A stretch of 64,000 nucleotides of DNA from Trypanosoma brucei. Its lineage: Eukaryota. Each line of letters starts with the position of its first letter. The first letter of the stretch is position 1. Positions 12,501 to 21,509 of this stretch are shown here, one piece after another. The notes under the pieces were generated by a model that made no database searches, was not told the DNA's origin, and saw nothing but the letters and a program-made list of their open reading frames with translations. The stretch is from NCBI GenBank assembly GCA_000002445.1, contig CH464491.1, forward strand, positions 3,520,001-3,584,000, read 5' to 3'. A program made the position numbers and the translations under genes.

Positions 12501-12680
12501 CGGGCCATCCTCCTCAAGGACTTCCACTTTAGTTCCCTTCGGGTACGCAACGAGACATTGGTGCAACTTCCCGACGGGCGTGCATGGGTCCCTGGCTACC
12601 CATTCCGCCATGAACTGGGCGTACCCAAAATTGTCCGGAGCTATCAACCTCGGGAAATGAGTACAACCATGGTCATCCAT
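6600..12680 (-). CDS. Large SF1B helicase, Upf1-like and most like Sen1/senataxin (C-terminal helicase core with a long N-terminal region)
   Basis: Track ORF is 2033 aa with a TTG first codon; true ATG at 12678-12680 (MDDHGCTHFPRL...). Helicase motifs seen: Walker A IIEGPPGTGKTQT, motif II VVVDEASQ, motif III LVGDSRQLQPTV, motif VI NVALTRAREFCIVFG. The polyY tract for trans-splicing sits ~300-400 nt upstream (purine-rich + run at ~12990-13050). Confidence 0.7.
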   Translation of the reverse strand: MDDHGCTHFPRLIAPDNFGYAQFMAEWVARDPCTPVGKLHQCLVAYPKGTKVEVLEEDGPLQSTDDKAESGKGASEEVVLCESELTLEEIPEMVRQLSRGLIPVGPTFGASSPVVHKALEHVLSDKPDYGESFAQGASTGSDVDLLSLLTASKSTAFHGALVLLLFHRRRVVRFLSRKILLELSGVSHFRRDADTPATAAKAVWFVSLQLLCTLRHLVRIPMPVAEEKVRCAVADGFCSLFAFLGALDKELMDISKELKQQYAIGHETPSGSVEGASNVPHAMLALAQVSEGVVLTLGGGAIIHWLLSSARDPKEGQLSKPTTELLATMLSACLEDGTALPASVPSGQPRMSVARTILHMVITNGKNAGECEGKRRAKWYGQRLRELWWLAAHIEPPKSTPETGAPVDASGRPADEPHPGKLAGWIATLFSKNIGKYINFGAAEQTARTARSGCSDAAFRNMEVVIHTLSNVMCSLSDEVPQVVATQSHHNLLRSIQRGVADIAFAILRRTSNTISVVLLLRHFARADVEAFTKTDESLPAGCFRDLWEVFPRLLERVCTAALEVTEASSSPSPQLQLFSMLEVLTVFVECPAACIWLFSRNQEGQERGAQPLASLVDKCMSEVARVLRGAASAVMKQRKITKKGGNTPGTRSGVDDDAWTSAATLSSSSDSHVRHFAGVLFLSGNENMHEVGETILNLYFPIAAHREAIYTEAANWMMQKLILNDEVLNDYPLLLDEKKVNDAARARGVMWVNVMSACDRSRVADWVLTVMWWLCALVAEHSPLSSALCGKLSLKVIVLLPPITTYTLGAAQTRRQAADAPTATAACSVHNMISRSSSVSSSDSSDCGNSVNGLDEDFQSFLERWCDPQLLRRCAQRLMLAVLGGWIYYVPHNFTESLLYVARVLSSLPRDESFTLGLHSAFSKLLPHFQGDRLIPLLNADIHWLTAIIREVKEAHNRSAMSLALQEEKFTMEEKRELEARGRQMPERPTATDFNLSHVQLQVDHERRQNQQGEHRTIANVTCTEEATTGMKRPRGGDLMFPKGQRPAVPNRILISNALLQQRFQQQQQFLAASGVAEKRQNGSQSVGVSNLQLLRERKVREITQAKKLSQCHDAIRRIVGYTDFLRSPPPVSDIIGTGASCLAEEAPVIPESFATATDSGFTAYVSSFLPHIAVELRHELYHKFDEMLDGCRWRNRTGKNRPPEDIVYGDMIGEDEDNDTIHNSVVRGVVEGGTRPASWIVENSVSVVCTGNATVNPVDPTRMQFNITLANLGGEAKVLPSIGTVLLEGDVAVLMFPLGPLRSALPDAFGGCDTPTVWATMGCMPKICIVTVVQQGQSSATLTVFTPPKSKRPDLESSDGWNIPLIPFAQALRAFIMHKKHFYIKRLFPLGPSLAVVSALFDVQRRCIASTLMKPRLAARKAQEHARVLDTVLFETERWDTFAKKLLLRDCLDEFQARAVAVALVALVSEWEEQALGEKRLDAAPPDITIIEGPPGTGKTQTIAALTINLLKTLQEGKRVLLCASSNRAVDEVLLRLRSLLTRAPQLANRRLLRVGVRESVDPQVLAIRPAVFLDDCTDVTSDDAGGQQTFHAEMDTNGRPYGKRALPASADSSNVMLYGRSKKKDQIIRDASVVCTTIGSIPQIQRFLSEYDVVVVDEASQCTEPEALLALVLAKRRVVLVGDSRQLQPTVLSQKSAACGLRRSLLQRLLNEGHRPFTLLTQFRMHPSLCAFPNKYFYEGKLRTHESVLRRAIPASAVIHLATRTKLEKLPRLIFVDVHEGRMESSGKGGLRGTSVVNNTEAKVVAEHVRRFRKFLNLTVSEFAKHAGIITFYRAQREAIISNLTPEERRSEMQVATTDSFQGKERDFVFISCVRAPVRNGGAGTNNRSRYGSTLGFLQDWHRINVALTRAREFCIVFGHRQTFIDVAIVHRGKLSDKRRTEGGWGSTGTSVPITVSHQPELPMDEDDGNSDVETVEAPVLRPDDDPLVFEEMLRYAEKWPEQVSWFSNSQELNVLKELIRTV

Positions 12681-13428
12681 ATCCTTGTTCACAGATAACA
12701 AAAGTTAGCGTGACTGTTTGCTTGTGGCCGTCTGAATACAATATTTACTTTTCCCTCTTTTTCGCCGAACTCCCCTTTTCGTATTTACTGTTTCTGCTTT
12801 GAGCTCGCCCCCCCCTTCCCTATCTCGGCCTGCCTCCACACCTGTATTCTCACGGCCGTACAGACACTAAAAAAAAATACAAAAGTGTTTGGCCGCAAAC
12901 GCTAGCTGGTGCACGACCGGAAATTATATCCTTTCACCTTTCCAAGTAAAAAAATGCGCGTGGGAAAGTGATTGCAAGTTTAATGATATACAATAACTTT
13001 AAAGATCAGAGGAAGGGAAAAAAAAGACTCCAAATCTTCTCCGTGTGGAATAAGATGTGAAGTGCCACAGAAGGAAGAATCCATCAAGCGACGACTACAG
13101 AGAATACGTTAGGCCGCCTTCAAACAAACAAACGGAGCGACGAACACGTAAAAAGCCACCTACCACATCGAAACTTCAATGTGATACGATTTTACTCCGC
13201 AAGCACTTCACCGGTTTGGGTTGTTGACAGCAACCAAGTCGTATATGAAGGGAGCAGGAACTGCAGCGGCTATGATCCGCTCCCTCACCCGTGTGGCTGT
13301 CGCGACGCCTCTCCCCTCTCTTTCTCATAATTTTATAGTTTCTCCATCAGAATTCCATTACGTACGGTGTTGTGAAGGTGAGTGTATGCGCGCGCGTGTG
13401 TGTAGTTGGGAGGAGGGGGGACTTTCCC

Positions 13429-13932
13429 CTATTGCGATTGGAGTTTATCGACTGCCCTGCCGTGTATCTTGAATGCTGGTGTAACCCACACTCCACAGGA
13501 GCACTGCGAGCCAACCCACGATTGTGTACCAATCTTCGCGGAACAGGAATTGTTTGGGCAATATACCGTATCGGGAAGCACACTAGTGCCTCCACTTTCG
13601 CAGTGCGCTTCACGACTTTCTGCAGCCACCCATATTGAGACATCGGGGTTAAGAAAATAGCTGGTACACACACCCGCATTTTGCTGATCGCTCTGCTGTT
13701 TGGGGGCACCTCGCCGCCCGAATGCCTTCGGGCCTTTGCTGCTTGAGTCCGCACTGTGTGGCATAATTTCTTCGTGAGTGAAGAGAATGCGTCTGCAGAG
13801 GCGACAAGCGTACACAAATGATGAGTCCTCAGTTACTACTGGAGTTTCCTCATGCTTGCCGCTGGTCCCTGCAGTCACTGAGGTAACGGTGCTACCACCC
13901 CCTTTTGTGTCGCATCCTGCCTCCTGACTCAT
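13429..13932 (-). CDS. small zinc-binding protein with a Yippee/Mis18/CULT-like fold (CxxC ... Cx4C/CxC)
   Basis: Track ORF starts at GTG. A polyY tract (purine-rich + run at 13941-14010) precedes the ATG at 13930-13932 (MSQEAG...). YACRLCRRILFTHEEI resembles the Yippee N-terminal CxxC segment; the C-terminal part carries DTVYCPNNSCSAKIG and CSCG. Confidence 0.4.
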   Translation of the reverse strand: MSQEAGCDTKGGGSTVTSVTAGTSGKHEETPVVTEDSSFVYACRLCRRILFTHEEIMPHSADSSSKGPKAFGRRGAPKQQSDQQNAGVCTSYFLNPDVSIWVAAESREAHCESGGTSVLPDTVYCPNNSCSAKIGTQSWVGSQCSCGVWVTPAFKIHGRAVDKLQSQ

Positions 13933-14214
13933 GGCTGTATGCTCAAGAGAGAAATCAAAGACATCAAAGAAGAGAGGAGACCGGGGAAGAGGAAGGGCTA
14001 ATTGATCAGCTAAGATAAACATGTAGAAAACAGTAATAGATCTGCCGCTGTCCACATTAACGTTGATGGACCAGAACACCAGTTGGTGCGCCACGAGGGA
14101 AAAAGACGCGCCTCGCTTTCGGTTTCTTTTTTTTTTTTTAAATTGCTAAGCGACAAATAATATTTAATACCATCATAGCCGACACGCGAGCCCTGTGCAG
14201 TGAAAAAAAAAAAC

Positions 14215-16197
14215 TCACAAGGCGGGAGCCTCAGCTTGTTCTTTTAGTGATTCCGAATTCTGACGGGAGGCGGTTATTTTCTCTTCATACCGCGCAATGA
14301 AAGACAGGAGCTCTTCCGTAATTTTCGCAATTTTCCCAACAACACCTTGTTCCACAGTGGTAAGGTACAATTGCGCATTTCCGGTTCCATCGCTCTTTGC
14401 CGTGTCGACCTCCGCGCACGCGAGCCCCAAGAGCTGCGGAAGGTGCTGCAGGAAGCGGACGAGGTAACACAAATGGGCCTCATCAAGCCAGCAGCAGGAG
14501 ACGTGACTACTCACCGCAGGTGCAGTGGGCAACAGGGAGGCATCGGCTACGGCCATCTGAGCAGCCTTTGCTGCCGCCCAATCGTACATCTCCGCCTTTT
14601 CCCGATTGTAGAGGACAATGTGGAGGAAAAGCCGCTCGAGTTGTTGCTTAATAAGGGTGACGTAGTCACAGTAAAGATTTTCCTCTTGCTGAGCGTACAT
14701 GAAGGGGTTGACAAAATCCTGAGATTCGCGTTGTGCCTTGTGGAAGCCACGCACAGAAATGATAAACGCATCGAGTACCGCGCGGCAGCTGAGCGCTGGC
14801 TCATACATTTGTGGGGCGTCACCACTCCTGTCAATCTCTGGGACCCCATTCGTGCCGCTCTTGTCATTTTCCAACCTGTGGATAAGTCGTGCATGTAGCG
14901 TTTCCCTATGCAAATGGTCTGATATCAGTCTGCGGCGCAGTGTACTCGGTGTGTTAAACACCGGTTGAAGAGCTGTGGGCTGAACTATGGGGGTAACCGT
15001 ATTGACAACGTTAACATGAGCGGACAAGGTGGGAATTCTTGCTGTTCCTGGTATCGTGGCCTTCCTTGGTGGGTTCATGGGCGTCGCAGTTGTGTGGGAG
15101 GGAGGAGAAATGCTTTGCGCCACGTTTTCCGGTGCCCCGACATCCCCTCGATTACTGCGCTCACTGCCTTCAATCTTCTGTTTTAACTGACTTTGCTGCA
15201 TTTTCTTTGCTTCCTGTACGTACACCTCAACACCAGTTCGTGTTCCCCTGAGGGAAGGATCAATACGGAGCACGAAATCATCAATCTTTTTGTGTGCAAA
15301 ATGATGAAAGGACGCCGCCCGTCGTTCCCACTCCACCACCCCCGCATTGAAGTTCACACAGTTCCTCACCATCAGTTCCACATCATCCCGCAGTGATGTC
15401 AGTGATTCCGCTATACTACTCCCCATGTAAAGTGTGGGGTCGTCCCCGGTTCGTCGTCGTCTATGTTGCTGCCCCAAGTAGTACCCGTTCTGTGCACGTT
15501 CCTTCATGATGATAAGGTTCATCTTCAGGGGGCACATAGCCTCGTAGGCGCTTTTCAACTCTGGGTACGCCTCCGCTACATCGACGGCAAAGGCGCCATC
15601 ATCCTCACGTCGATTCAATGAATCGACGAGTTTGATCAATTCCGCGCTTCTTCTATTGCTATCGTCCTCGCTGGTAGCAATACCATTCCCCCGACCCGGT
15701 TGCCGCCTCGAGGAGTCGTTATCCACAGCTTCCGGCCCTCTTTCCCTTGATTCCCCGTCACGACCGCGTTTGCCTGTAGAATGTTTCTCTGGGACCGACA
15801 CTGACGCCACACGGAAAGAGGAAAGGCGCCTGCCACCCACTTTCTGCGAAATATATGCATCTATTTTGCCCATTGCAAACTTCTCAAAGGTTCGTGCGGC
15901 ATCTGCATAGGCCCCCTCCGCGCCGTTAAAAAGGATGCAGTTGTTAACCATCAACCTGATGTCTTCCTTTAATGTCGTCAGCTGCACATCATATCCGTAT
16001 GCACCCTTCGCCGCGCGGTCAGCAGCCGTCGCTAGATCACATCGGTTTGGACACACCTTCGTGTAGCTTTCTGCAAGTTCCGGGTACTGCAATAACACAT
16101 CCTGTGAAAAAAGTCCATTTTCTTGTGGTCGGTCGAGCGAGCGGACGAGTGACACCATTTCCTCTCTGGGGTAAAGCAGCTGCCGGTTTTGACTCAT
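14215..16197 (-). CDS. BDF5: bromodomain factor with two tandem bromodomains and a C-terminal MRG-like region; BDF5-like
   Basis: Bromodomain signatures DIRLMVNNCILFNGAEGAYADAA and DDVELMVRNCVNFNAGVVEWERRA, each preceded by a YPEL...Y segment. The track ORF's N-terminal 74 aa is polyY translation (FLCCFSPLFPSPPQKKK); ATG at 16195-16197 (MSQNRQLLYP...). The gene symbol comes from recall of T. brucei BDF5 having tandem bromodomains. Confidence 0.6.
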   Translation of the reverse strand: MSQNRQLLYPREEMVSLVRSLDRPQENGLFSQDVLLQYPELAESYTKVCPNRCDLATAADRAAKGAYGYDVQLTTLKEDIRLMVNNCILFNGAEGAYADAARTFEKFAMGKIDAYISQKVGGRRLSSFRVASVSVPEKHSTGKRGRDGESRERGPEAVDNDSSRRQPGRGNGIATSEDDSNRRSAELIKLVDSLNRREDDGAFAVDVAEAYPELKSAYEAMCPLKMNLIIMKERAQNGYYLGQQHRRRRTGDDPTLYMGSSIAESLTSLRDDVELMVRNCVNFNAGVVEWERRAASFHHFAHKKIDDFVLRIDPSLRGTRTGVEVYVQEAKKMQQSQLKQKIEGSERSNRGDVGAPENVAQSISPPSHTTATPMNPPRKATIPGTARIPTLSAHVNVVNTVTPIVQPTALQPVFNTPSTLRRRLISDHLHRETLHARLIHRLENDKSGTNGVPEIDRSGDAPQMYEPALSCRAVLDAFIISVRGFHKAQRESQDFVNPFMYAQQEENLYCDYVTLIKQQLERLFLHIVLYNREKAEMYDWAAAKAAQMAVADASLLPTAPAVSSHVSCCWLDEAHLCYLVRFLQHLPQLLGLACAEVDTAKSDGTGNAQLYLTTVEQGVVGKIAKITEELLSFIARYEEKITASRQNSESLKEQAEAPAL

Positions 16198-16254
16198 GGG
16201 CACGATCGGTGTTGCTGCGTCTCCATGCAAGAGAAATATATGTACAGAATTGTG

Positions 16255-16370
16255 GGTGGGAAGACAATATTGAAGAAAAAGATGTTTAAGTGTTTTTTTT
16301 TTTTGGGGGGGGGAAGGAAACAGTGGAGAAAAACAGCAAAGAAATATCGGAGTAAAGGAAGTAAGTATTG
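16255..16370 (-). promoter_or_regulatory. polypyrimidine tract / trans-splice acceptor region upstream of the bromodomain-factor gene
   Basis: The + strand is purine-rich (gaagaaaaagatg...ggggggggaaggaaacagtggagaaaaacagcaaagaaa), so the coding strand is CT-rich, immediately 5' of the ATG at 16197. Confidence 0.5.
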
Positions 16371-16688
16371 CACCCGAACAACAGTAATAGAGTGTGTTCC
16401 GTCGAGCTTTCTGTTGCAATCAAATCCACGTCGCCACCATCATCGCCCACTTCTGGAAGATGCGACACAATGCCATACCATTTTCGATTCCACCAAATAG
16501 ACAACTTCTTTTTTTCATTTGAAAAGAAACCGTGCAACATAATATTCCATTTCCCTCCCTCAGGGACACTACCAGACACTGTCCCGGGGGTGTACACACA
16601 CTCCACTTTTTCTGCCTCGTGTGCATAAGTAAATGCGTCTGCGTGCCTTCTCCGCATGATGCGCAGAGATGCTTGTTTCCTTTTCGTT

Positions 16689-17534
16689 TCACACACGTGA
16701 AATTATTTGTTGCACTCGCATGTACTCATCCCCAGTTAGTGTTACAACGCCAGTAGCCCTCTTGCGGTCTCTGTCCTGCACCTCTGCTGAGCCCCGGGGT
16801 TGACAGCAGGACTGGCGGCGCCTCCTGGAGGGTGTAAAACACCTACCGACTTTCCCTGATGCAGGCGTCAGGGAAACTGTCGTGGCTGAAGTGGAAGGAG
16901 GTACGGAAGTTCCTTCACTTGGGTTTGGAACATGGGGGAAGCAGTTCAGCCGCGCGGGCAATGCGGTTGATGGAGCAGCACCTACACGTTTGGACGACGA
17001 GGCGCTACCCATATGTGACCTTACGAAGGGCCCTGAAGAGGGGCGTGACAACGTCGGGGCTCGATTCTTTCGGTGTTTGTCAGCCTTACGTCCGCTCACA
17101 GACCATCGAGGGACCTGTTGTGTGTCGTACCGACTCCAAGCGGCATCTAACAGTTTGATTGGTTGTTCAACGGTTGAAACGGACACCGTCGAGGTCCGTC
17201 GGAAAGAACCTGTTGTATATAAACCCTGCGGCCCCTCTACATTTTGACATTCCCCTTCTTTGATCGATCCCCCTTCGTCTATAGACACCATTACGTCTGC
17301 TGCGGGCTCCTGGTGTCGTATGTCAGCAACCTCTTCCGTCACACATCCGCTGCGATTTCCTTCTTTATTTTCGAGTGCCCTCCGGTGACAAGCATTAGTG
17401 GCACCGGACTCATCACAGATGTAGCCACGGCGCCGCAGTTCGTATGTATTTTCGTAGAGCTTGGCGGTTTCGCGCCGACGCGCTGCTCGCAACCGCTCCG
17501 CCGTTGTACAACCATCGGAACGAGGTGTCCACAT
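16689..17534 (-). CDS. hypothetical S/T/R-rich protein
   Basis: 281-aa ORF on the unit's coding strand between two confident genes. No recognisable domain, low complexity. My base-level check of the start was off by one relative to the track. Confidence 0.35.
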   Translation of the reverse strand: MWTPRSDGCTTAERLRAARRRETAKLYENTYELRRRGYICDESGATNACHRRALENKEGNRSGCVTEEVADIRHQEPAADVMVSIDEGGSIKEGECQNVEGPQGLYTTGSFRRTSTVSVSTVEQPIKLLDAAWSRYDTQQVPRWSVSGRKADKHRKNRAPTLSRPSSGPFVRSHMGSASSSKRVGAAPSTALPARLNCFPHVPNPSEGTSVPPSTSATTVSLTPASGKVGRCFTPSRRRRQSCCQPRGSAEVQDRDRKRATGVVTLTGDEYMRVQQIISRV

Positions 17535-18476
17535 CGCTTCCGTATGCTAATTGTGGTGGTAGTATATATCGTTTTATGTAGTGTCTATGGTTTGAAAAAC
17601 GAGCAGAGAAGCTCGAGCCCAGTCCGTACTTGTGATTGTGACGATCTGAGAGTAGAATATATGCTTTCCCGCGTTTCGATGCTTTTCTGTTGCCGCCACC
17701 ACTATTCCTTCCTGCTACGGTACAATCCCTGTCGTTGCGCTGTCGTTGTACTAACCCCGAGGGGCTACGATTACAGTAGAGTAAGGCGCTAAAAAACAGA
17801 TGCATATCGACACCGTATACGCATTTCCGCAAAGAAGCACACATGTAAGTTACCACAAGTTCAAACAATAAGAACAGTAACACCAAGGGAAGGGGAGAGG
17901 AATTATAGCACATGAGTAAAGGTTACTGTTCAGCACTACTCTCACTTGAACAACGTTGTACACAGCATAGTTGCTTAGGGAAACAAGAAGAATACCATAT
18001 ACACTGGTGGATTCGCACCTACTGTACAATTAAGTGGATGCACCAACAACTGAAAAATTGCACCCGCCGTGGCAGTTGAAGAGTGGACCTGAGGGCTGTG
18101 ACAACACACAGACCGCGGAAGCTACATATCGCTGTGACACCGCATTTCAATAAAATTCCGACAAACCCAGATAATTTCGAAATAAAAGAAAAAAAAGAAG
18201 AGGACAAGGGTAGAGGTACATACGGCGAAATATGCAAGGGGGATCAAGGCAACAAAATATGTTGACGCACAAGAAATACGTCACGAGAAAAAAGGCGTGA
18301 GGATTACTACCCCACCAAAATGGTGCCGCGTCTAACAGTGCATCGGCAGCACGTGAGTCTGTTCATGTTTTTTATGATTTGCTTTGGCGGCAGTGACGTG
18401 ATTATGTAATATACATTGAAGTGAATTAACCCGTGCCAACTGAAGATCCCCGTTTCTTCACGTAAAAGTTCCCCAC

Positions 18477-19481
18477 TTATTCTGACCGCTGTTGTCTCTG
18501 TCGGTGTTCCCCATGCGGATGTTGATGCTGCCGTCGTTGTTGCTGCTGTTGCTGTGCCATTTGGTGCCTTAGCAGCGCCTCAACCATGTCCCTTTTGTCC
18601 CGGCACCGCTCTAAAGAGAGCCAATTAAGCCACATCAGGGTCCGGAGGTTGCGCACTGTCATGGCTTCCAGCTCCTCACGTGTTCGAAGGACTTTTGCAT
18701 CGGCGATTACACCCTCCTCCTCTCTCGGCACCCTACGGCTCGAATCACTTCCACGTTTGTTCTCAGCAAGTCTCAGGAAAGAGACATTTTCAGGATTTGC
18801 CCTTTCAGCCGCTGGAGATATGGAGTGGATGGGCTGACGTACCGAGGGGACAAATGCCCTTGGTACTAGCACGCGCGCAAAACGCGCAGCCCTATTAATA
18901 TACGCCGGTATTTTTTTAAGGCCTGCTTCCGGGAACTCTGCCTCGAGCGAGTCGCGGAATGCCTTTGTGAAATGATTGCAATTACGTCTCAGCATGTGGT
19001 ACTTACTTGCCTCCCACTCAGGGCGTAGCTTTCCCACTATAGCAAGAATTTGTCGTATACTTGTGCCTCGAGGTAGATACCCAAGCAACTTACTCTTTTC
19101 AAACAGATACTTTGGGAGCATTTCTCTTGGCCTACCACAAGTGATACCACAGACCCCAGGTATAGGACGTGTTGAGCCGCTGAATGCCCATTCCGTGGAG
19201 AAAATTTCCATACCGGTGTGATAAATGCCCAGACCAATACGTGCATTTAGATTGTATGTGGTTTTGTCCACCTTGTTCTGCAGATTGTAAATATTCAAAA
19301 ACACAGGTACACCCATGCCCACGCTTCTACATCGGCCCTCGTCCTCTGACGTTTCCGGGCTGCTTTGCTCACTTGATAGTTGACCACGCTTCGACTCTGC
19401 TGGGGGGCATTGCTGTTTCAGTCTAGTCGATTTGCTGTCCTTTAAACTCTTGCTAGAAGGCCTGCAACAGCCTCCGCCCAT
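18477..19481 (-). CDS. PPPDE/DeSI-family (DUF862) cysteine peptidase (deSUMOylating isopeptidase-like) with an N-terminal MGGGCC dual-acylation consensus and a C-terminal extension
   Basis: Motifs YHTGMEIFSTEWAFSG ... NCNHFTKAF (His and Cys catalytic dyad context of PPPDE). The track's first codon is GTG; ATG at 19479-19481 gives MGGGCCRPSS. Confidence 0.7.
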   Translation of the reverse strand: MGGGCCRPSSKSLKDSKSTRLKQQCPPAESKRGQLSSEQSSPETSEDEGRCRSVGMGVPVFLNIYNLQNKVDKTTYNLNARIGLGIYHTGMEIFSTEWAFSGSTRPIPGVCGITCGRPREMLPKYLFEKSKLLGYLPRGTSIRQILAIVGKLRPEWEASKYHMLRRNCNHFTKAFRDSLEAEFPEAGLKKIPAYINRAARFARVLVPRAFVPSVRQPIHSISPAAERANPENVSFLRLAENKRGSDSSRRVPREEEGVIADAKVLRTREELEAMTVRNLRTLMWLNWLSLERCRDKRDMVEALLRHQMAQQQQQQRRQHQHPHGEHRQRQQRSE

Positions 19482-20558
19482 CACCTACACCAGTGTGCAC
19501 AGCAAACAGGATGGGTTGCTAAGCTGGCGGTTGAGATTTTCAATGCTTCGTATAAATAGCTAAAGTTTTTGACGTCGTTTCACACTCAGTTGTCTTGACC
19601 CTTGCAGTGGGAGGGGCGGGGTGTAGAGTTGCGCAACTGGACTTCGCCACCGGTACTGCACCTGCTTGCCGTCAACACCGCCACCACAAGTCCTATACTC
19701 TTCCTGCCTCCGCTCGCCGTTCGCTTTTATGCGGGGAGGACAAGGGTAACTGTACGCAGAGCTGCCCAAAATACTCACCACAATAGCGGAGAGATGTGTA
19801 GATGAACCTATGAATAAATATGTAAAAGAAAAAAGCGTATGCTGCCTTTTGTAACGGAAAGAGGAACACGAAAACGGCGCCACACAAACCGATTTGGATG
19901 GGGAAGGAGGGTGGTCAACACGACGGACTTCGGTTACTATGAAGTTGGGAAAATAGTTCGTGAGTGGTGTCTTGGGAAACACAATGCCAGTCGTCGTCAA
20001 CATCATCCGTTCGCAGCATCGCCTCATGCCTGCATGCAAACGGGTAAACGCAACGGGAAAATGTCATCACATTCCAAGCCACTCTGTCCTTGTGAACACT
20101 ATGAAGGGGAAACCAGTCGGAACGAACAAAACAAACAAGCGATAAGGAATACTAACAACGGTAACAGAGGATGAACCACGGGCACAACCATCGTGCAAGC
20201 AACGTCCACCAATGAATGCAGCCACTACGGAAGCATACCCGCAAGTTTATTCGTGCACACAATTTCCCGTGGCGATATGCACGATGATCGGCGATTGACA
20301 TTCACACCCTACGTCTTTCATCCCCCCACGATGCCATCAATAGCTTCTCCGATTTTATCGTGTTAAGAGTTTCATCTTCATACCACAATTAAACAAGGGA
20401 TTATCAACAAACAAACGCGTACCGCTGCCGCCTCTACCCCTGCGAACACCATCGACGAAAATTTATACCCCGATACCTCACAACACGGGAGACCGTTTAA
20501 CGACGCGTTTTTCTTGCCACAGATTCCCTTCCTCGTTGTTTGTGCTACTCACCCACAC

Positions 20559-21509
20559 CTACCTCCATTCCTTCTGCCACCTATCTGTACGGCTTTTCAC
20601 ATACTCATAAACAACCATTGAAACCCCACTGATGGGTCCAGCGCGTAGGAGCGAGACGCCGAGACCGCGGTATATGACGAGCGGTGATTCTCTTCGTAGT
20701 AGCTCCACCACTGCCAGCGTTCCTACGCACCGGGCTTGTACAATTGTCTTGACTGTGTCCAGAGGATACAGAAGTGCCCATGTGACCATAGACGCCGTAC
20801 AGCCGGCTACAAATGTCCACTCAGTGGGCAACCGTTCCTCAATTCCGGGCGACTCGGTGCCAGTACTCGAAGTACACCAAGCACGGAGCCACCGCCTGTT
20901 TACATCATAGAAACCCAAGTAGCACCCAGCGAAACACGTATCCTTCAGGAGGTGGTAACCGAATCCATGAAAGTAACCCTTGATTCCCTCACTGCGGAAA
21001 ATATTCGCAGCACACACCCATGCGTTCCTGGTTGATCTCCGCGTGGAGTATTGTGTCCTAAGTTTTATGACGTGGAAGGGACAGCCAATAAACGTTCCCG
21101 CAGCACCGGCACACGCACCCGAGCGAAACGGTGACTCTCCCAGCCACGATGCTACCGACCTCAGCAGCTCATTGACATGTAAACTCCGGAAGGGATGAGA
21201 GGCCATGGGGGTGGAGTGAGTCGCTCGCGGCGGTTTGTTACAACTTCTCTCTGCACGAATCGAATCCCACAAGGCATATTGCAGGCTACGCTTCGTTGCC
21301 GACATGATAAGCGGTGGACCGGTACCACGGTACAAACTTCGCACACCTTCCTCGCGTGCGACGTCCAACATGGTCTTCCACGCCGAGCGGGCCGCCAACG
21401 GACCACACGCCTGCGCACGCGTCTTTGCACTGTCAAGAGGCTGACCCAGAACAACAGTTGTCATACCTTGCGCTGCACCAGGCAGAAACGTGAGTGCCCA
21501 ATCAATCAT
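20559..21509 (-). CDS. mitochondrial carrier family (SLC25) protein
   Basis: 316 aa, tripartite. Carrier signatures PLDSAKTRAQ and YPLDTVKTIVQ (P-x-[DE]-x-x-[KR]); six predicted helices. Confidence 0.7.
   Translation of the reverse strand: MIDWALTFLPGAAQGMTTVVLGQPLDSAKTRAQACGPLAARSAWKTMLDVAREEGVRSLYRGTGPPLIMSATKRSLQYALWDSIRAERSCNKPPRATHSTPMASHPFRSLHVNELLRSVASWLGESPFRSGACAGAAGTFIGCPFHVIKLRTQYSTRRSTRNAWVCAANIFRSEGIKGYFHGFGYHLLKDTCFAGCYLGFYDVNRRWLRAWCTSSTGTESPGIEERLPTEWTFVAGCTASMVTWALLYPLDTVKTIVQARCVGTLAVVELLRRESPLVIYRGLGVSLLRAGPISGVSMVVYEYVKSRTDRWQKEWR

Noticed and set aside
12700-12860. Plus-strand pyrimidine-rich block just upstream of the helicase ATG, which could have signalled a strand-switch or a plus-strand splice acceptor
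   Set aside because: The next gene upstream (13429..13932) is also minus-strand, with its own CT-tract at 13941-14010, and no credible plus-strand gene follows. The block is simply part of the helicase 5' UTR; the helicase's own CT-tract is further upstream at ~12990-13050.
13221-13472. Plus-strand 83-aa ORF (MLTATKSYMKGAGTAAAMIRSL...) with a presequence-like start
   Set aside because: It overlaps the 3' end/UTR of the minus-strand Yippee-like gene, is short, and has no supporting signal. It would need ribosome profiling to take seriously.
21240-21262. tRNA T-arm-like string cgaatcgaatccca
   Set aside because: It lies inside the mitochondrial-carrier CDS, and no flanking D-arm/anticodon/acceptor complementarity is discernible. 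No other tRNA-like boxes were seen in the spacers.
16689-21509. Apparent 1-nt discrepancies between my manual indexing and the ORF-track coordinates for the starts at 17534, 21509, 51878 and 52700, which could imply frameshifts/pseudogenes
   Set aside because: The track shows uninterrupted ORFs across these regions, and the stop codons index correctly. The discrepancy is most likely my hand-counting error, so I make no pseudogene call.
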